A DNA stretch of 64,000 nt, taken from assembly GCA_035995185.1 (NCBI GenBank), contig DASYKT010000009.1, positions 28,174 to 92,173 on the forward strand. The letters run 5' to 3'. Made by a program: the position numbers and the translations under genes. Within the stretch, counting starts at the first letter, position 1. The number at the start of each line of letters is the position of its first letter. The notes under the pieces were generated by a model that had not been told where the DNA came from, searched no databases, and saw only the letters and a list, made by a program, of their open reading frames with translations. Source of the DNA: Pyrinomonadaceae bacterium (GTDB lineage: Bacteria > Acidobacteriota > Blastocatellia > Pyrinomonadales > Pyrinomonadaceae). Below, piece after piece: positions 60,804 to 64,000 of this stretch.

Positions 60804-63557
60804 GTGAATATAGATCAAAACATAAGTTTTAATGTCATTGACGAAGCCATCTCCTGTCTTGCGACAGTGCAGGAAGGCATCGCTCTTTTTCGCGCAAACT
60901 CCAACAATTTGCCGGCGCTTCAGGCCGCGACGCGTGACGCGCAATCCATCAAAGGCGCGGCTTCGATGATCGACCAAACCGATATTTATGAGCTGGCAAA
61001 AAGGCTGGAAACAGAGCTCAGAAAATGTCCGGGCGGCGAAATAACCGAAGACATGGAGCGGCAGTTTGCCGCGCAACTGGACGAGCTTGAGCTTCTTCTC
61101 TTGAAAAAGAAAGCCTCGCTGGCGCGGGCGGAAAGTATTGCGGCCGAAACAACACTGTCCCCGCCGGAAAGTGCGGTCGCGTTAAACGGAAATTCCTTCC
61201 GGACTGAAGAAGAAGATTTCGAGGCCGACCCCGAAACGCTCGAGATCTTTTCTCTCGAGGCCGACGACCTGCTGCGAAATATTGCCGACCAGTTGAAAAT
61301 TTTGGGGCGCGCTCCCGGCAGCTTCGATGCCCTGATGGAAGTCCGCCGCAGCGCCCATACGCTGAAAGGTTCGGCGGCGATCATCGGAATGAAACCGCTT
61401 TCTTCACTGGCGCACCGGATGGAAGACCTGCTTGATTTTGTGACCGAGTACAAGCTCGAACTCAGCGCCGACGTTCACTTGCTTTTGTCCGCCTCCGCCG
61501 ATTGCCTGGCCGCTCTGGCCCACGGCGAAACCCGCGAGGAACTGCAATCCGTCATCGCCGATCTGTATCTGCGTTACAACGTCACCATGACCTTGCTGGA
61601 AGACGGAAAAACATCTTCCGTTCCCCCCGAAGCTGAAGGGGCCGAACCGGCATTATTGGCCGCGCTGGCCGAAGAAAATAAGGACGAAGGCGAGATACTT
61701 ACCGGCGAAGAAAAACATCATCGCAACTCCATCATCCGCATTTCCATCGAGCGTCTGGATGAACTGATGCGTTTATTCAGCGAAGTATTGCAAAGCCGCG
61801 CCACCATCGAGCAACGCCTGGCCGACATGGAAAAACAGGTGCAGGAATTGCAGCACAGCACCGGCCGCTTGCGGCAGGCATCGGGAAAACTCGAAATAGA
61901 TTTTGAAGCCGGAATGATGAAGACCGGCGCTTTGCGCGGCATTCCCTCGGCGTCCGCCCCGGCTTTTAACGCCGCCGGCAAACCTCAGGAATTTGACGAG
62001 CTGGAATTCGACCGTTACACCGAATTTCACCAGGTGACACGCCAGTTGGTCGAAACCGGCAGCGACGTGGCCTCGATCAATATCGAGATGGAAAGCCTTT
62101 TGACCAATCTCGAAAGCGTCTTTGGCGGGCAGCGCCACCTGATCGATGAAATTCAAAAACGCCTGATGCAGTTTCGCATGGTGGCGTTCGATTCGCTGGG
62201 GCGCAGGCTGCAGCGCACGGTGCGCATCACCGCCGAGCAGGAAGAAAAATTTGTCGATCTCGCCATCGAGGGCGGCGAACTGGAGGTCGACACCCAGATA
62301 CTCGATTCGCTCATCGAACCGCTGCTGCACATTCTGCGCAACGCCGTCAGCCACGGCATCGAGGCGCCCGACACCCGCAAGCTGCTGGGAAAATCCGAAC
62401 AAGGCGTGATCACGCTCCGTCTTTCACAGGAAGGAACTTTTGTCGTTCTTTCGGTTTCCGATGACGGCCGCGGCGTTCAGTTATCCGATCTGCGCGATAA
62501 GGCGCTGAAAAATCATTTTGTCACCGAAACTCAGTTGGCGGCGATGACCGAAGAAGAAATACTTTCGCTCGTCTTTTTGCCGGGGCTTTCGACCTCGACC
62601 GAAGTCAGCGAAGTGTCCGGCCGCGGCGTCGGCATGAATATCGTCAAGGAAAGCCTGTCCCGCTACCAGGGCACGGTTTCGGTGTCGTCCGAATTGCAAA
62701 GGGGCACCACTTTCACCCTTCGCGTGCCGATGGCTTTGTCTGCGATGCGCGCGCTTTTGGTAAAAGCCGGCAGCGAAACTTATGCTATCCCGCTCAACCT
62801 GGTAAAACAGGTGATCGAGATCTCTGCGCAGGAACTGGAAAAGGCGAAAGCGGAAAATCTGCTTTCCGTTAATAACCATTCTTACAATCTCACCTACCTT
62901 GATAATCTGCTGAGCTTTCCTGAGCTTCAGAGAAAAGAAAATTCCAACGTCTCGGTCTTGTTATTAAAAACTTCCGAAGAAGACCGCGCGCTGGTCGTGG
63001 ATGAATTGCTTCCGCCGCAGGAAATAGTTTTAAAACCGCTCTGTTTCCCGCTGCAAAATTCCCCCGGTTTTTTGGGCGCCAGCATTTTGGGTAATGGAAA
63101 AGTCGTGCCGGTCCTCGATCTCGTTCATCTGCTGAAGCAAACAAAACGCATCTCAGCTCCCCTTTCCAAACCGAAGATCAAAGCGAACGCTTCGGTAATG
63201 ATCGTCGACGACAGCCCCAGCGTCCGCCGCATTATGTCCGCCGTCATCAGCAGCGCCGGCTGGGAAGTTAAAGCCGCCAAGGACGGCATGGAAGCATTTG
63301 AAATGCTGCAAAACGACGGCGAGCTTCCTAAAGTTATCCTGACCGACGTGGAAATGCCGCGCATGGACGGGTATGAGCTTTTAGCGACCTTAAAGAGGCA
63401 CGATACCTTCAGACAGATCCCGGTGATCATTATCACTTCGCGCGCGGGCGAAAAGCATCGCCGCAAAGCGCTTGACCTTGGCGTCTCCGAATATGTCACC
63501 AAACCTTATGAAGATTCCGTTTTGACGGAAATAATAAAACGCCTGGCAACTTCTTAA
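60804..63557 (+). CDS. hybrid CheA-like histidine kinase (degenerate Hpt, Hpt, dimerisation, HATPase, CheW-like, REC; ChpA/FrzE-like)
   Basis: The first Hpt-like box is AQSIKGAASMI (Q in place of H). The second is RSAHTLKGSAAIIGM. The N-box is HILRNAVSHGIE. Other motifs are DDGRGV, GRGVGMNIV and a C-terminal REC domain (VMIVDDSPSVRR...ILTDVEMPRMDGYEL...YVTKPY). Confidence 0.9.
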   Translation: MNIDQNISFNVIDEAISCLATVQEGIALFRANSNNLPALQAATRDAQSIKGAASMIDQTDIYELAKRLETELRKCPGGEITEDMERQFAAQLDELELLLLKKKASLARAESIAAETTLSPPESAVALNGNSFRTEEEDFEADPETLEIFSLEADDLLRNIADQLKILGRAPGSFDALMEVRRSAHTLKGSAAIIGMKPLSSLAHRMEDLLDFVTEYKLELSADVHLLLSASADCLAALAHGETREELQSVIADLYLRYNVTMTLLEDGKTSSVPPEAEGAEPALLAALAEENKDEGEILTGEEKHHRNSIIRISIERLDELMRLFSEVLQSRATIEQRLADMEKQVQELQHSTGRLRQASGKLEIDFEAGMMKTGALRGIPSASAPAFNAAGKPQEFDELEFDRYTEFHQVTRQLVETGSDVASINIEMESLLTNLESVFGGQRHLIDEIQKRLMQFRMVAFDSLGRRLQRTVRITAEQEEKFVDLAIEGGELEVDTQILDSLIEPLLHILRNAVSHGIEAPDTRKLLGKSEQGVITLRLSQEGTFVVLSVSDDGRGVQLSDLRDKALKNHFVTETQLAAMTEEEILSLVFLPGLSTSTEVSEVSGRGVGMNIVKESLSRYQGTVSVSSELQRGTTFTLRVPMALSAMRALLVKAGSETYAIPLNLVKQVIEISAQELEKAKAENLLSVNNHSYNLTYLDNLLSFPELQRKENSNVSVLLLKTSEEDRALVVDELLPPQEIVLKPLCFPLQNSPGFLGASILGNGKVVPVLDLVHLLKQTKRISAPLSKPKIKANASVMIVDDSPSVRRIMSAVISSAGWEVKAAKDGMEAFEMLQNDGELPKVILTDVEMPRMDGYELLATLKRHDTFRQIPVIIITSRAGEKHRRKALDLGVSEYVTKPYEDSVLTEIIKRLATS

Positions 63558-63594
63558 AAGTAGCTGTATGGAACGTGGGCTTCTGCCCGCTGCT

Positions 63595-63732
63595 TTAAAT
63601 TGCCACTAGCTTTAGCTAGTGGTTTGGTGGATCGTAATTTTATCGGCTTTAGCCTAACTCTGTTCTTAGGCTAAAGCCTTTTTACTTCAATTTGTATTTT
63701 TTATCCACTAGCTAAAGCTAGTGGCAATTTAA
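63595..63732. repeat. family C nested palindromic element (C2)
   Basis: The outer arms are TTAAATTGCCACTAGCTTTAGCTAGTGG ... CCACTAGCTAAAGCTAGTGGCAATTTAA. The inner arms are GGCTTTAGCC ... GGCTAAAGCC. Confidence 0.85.
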
Positions 63733-63795
63733 AAGAAGCAGTTCTTTCGCGTCCTTATTTTACTTTCTACACAACTTAGGAGTATTTTTGGAAAA

Positions 63796-64000
63796 GTGAA
63801 CACTGCAAAGCTTCAAATAACCGTCCGCGATGGCTCACTGTCGGGACAAACCCGGGAAGTTTCCACCGGCTTTCTCACGATCGGGCGCAGTGCCGATTGC
63901 AGTTTGCAATTTCACCCCCACTCGGACCGTGTGGTTTCTACCCGTCACGCCGTTATTCAGGCCGAAGCCGGCGGCTATTATCTGATCGACCGCCAGAGCC
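63796..64000 (+). CDS. FHA domain-containing protein, N-terminal fragment (runs off the window)
   Basis: Hand translation from GTG at 63796 (AGGAG lies 14 nt upstream) gives (M)NTAKLQITVRDGSLSGQTREVSTGFLTIGRSADCSLQFHPHSDRVVSTRHAVIQAEAGGYYLIDRQS. This is the FHA core pattern. Confidence 0.65.
   Translation, partial: MNTAKLQITVRDGSLSGQTREVSTGFLTIGRSADCSLQFHPHSDRVVSTRHAVIQAEAGGYYLIDRQS

Overview
This 64-kb chromosomal window has mid-range GC by eye. Gene content and repeat style suggest an Acidobacteriota-like environmental bacterium, but that is a low-confidence inference. All family names come from reading the translations and from memory of family motifs; no database search was possible. I call about 63 protein genes, 2 tRNA genes and about 24 copies of palindromic repeat elements. 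Most genes are housekeeping: ychF, pgl, psuG, lepB, rnc, efp, waaA, lpxK, atpI-like/atpB/atpE, ruvC, yebC, yggS/T/U, rsmG, rpmE, prfA. The rest are envelope or secreted proteins of unknown function.

The main observations are:
1. A tRNA(CAU) gene at 8962-9637 (minus strand) is split exactly at U33/C34 by a 600-nt group I intron. The intron core closely resembles the Azoarcus tRNA-Ile and cyanobacterial tRNA-Leu IC3 introns. It carries an HNH endonuclease ORF on the opposite strand.
2. The intergenic space is saturated with at least 7 families of long palindromic, MITE/REP-like elements. Two related families have arms built from three TTCGTG sub-repeats at roughly helical spacing, and some copies are nested inside a shared outer inverted repeat (GCCTATAAAG).
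3. A four-helix-bundle (23S rRNA IVS / Avd-like) gene sits between inverted CGTGATACG...ATACGC repeats inserted between ruvC and yebC. The insertion rewrites the YebC C-terminus. An ORF-less copy of the same repeat pair lies at 15129-15252.
4. A 3.2-kb opposite-strand block splits a sensor kinase from its sigma-54 response regulator. The block encodes a secreted 8-Cys fulvocin-C-like bacteriocin precursor plus two membrane-anchored TlpA-like thiol-disulfide oxidoreductases. The bacteriocin gene and one redoxin gene are each broken by a 1-nt homopolymer frameshift.
5. A secreted 17-Cys repeat protein (CPMK repeats) lies next to a second Cys-rich neighbour.
6. A Pil-Chp/Frz-like chemosensory cluster is led by a TPR, acidic-repeat, zinc-ribbon and receiver protein.

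I found no CRISPR array, no rRNA, no transposase or integrase, and no recognisable phage-defence genes.
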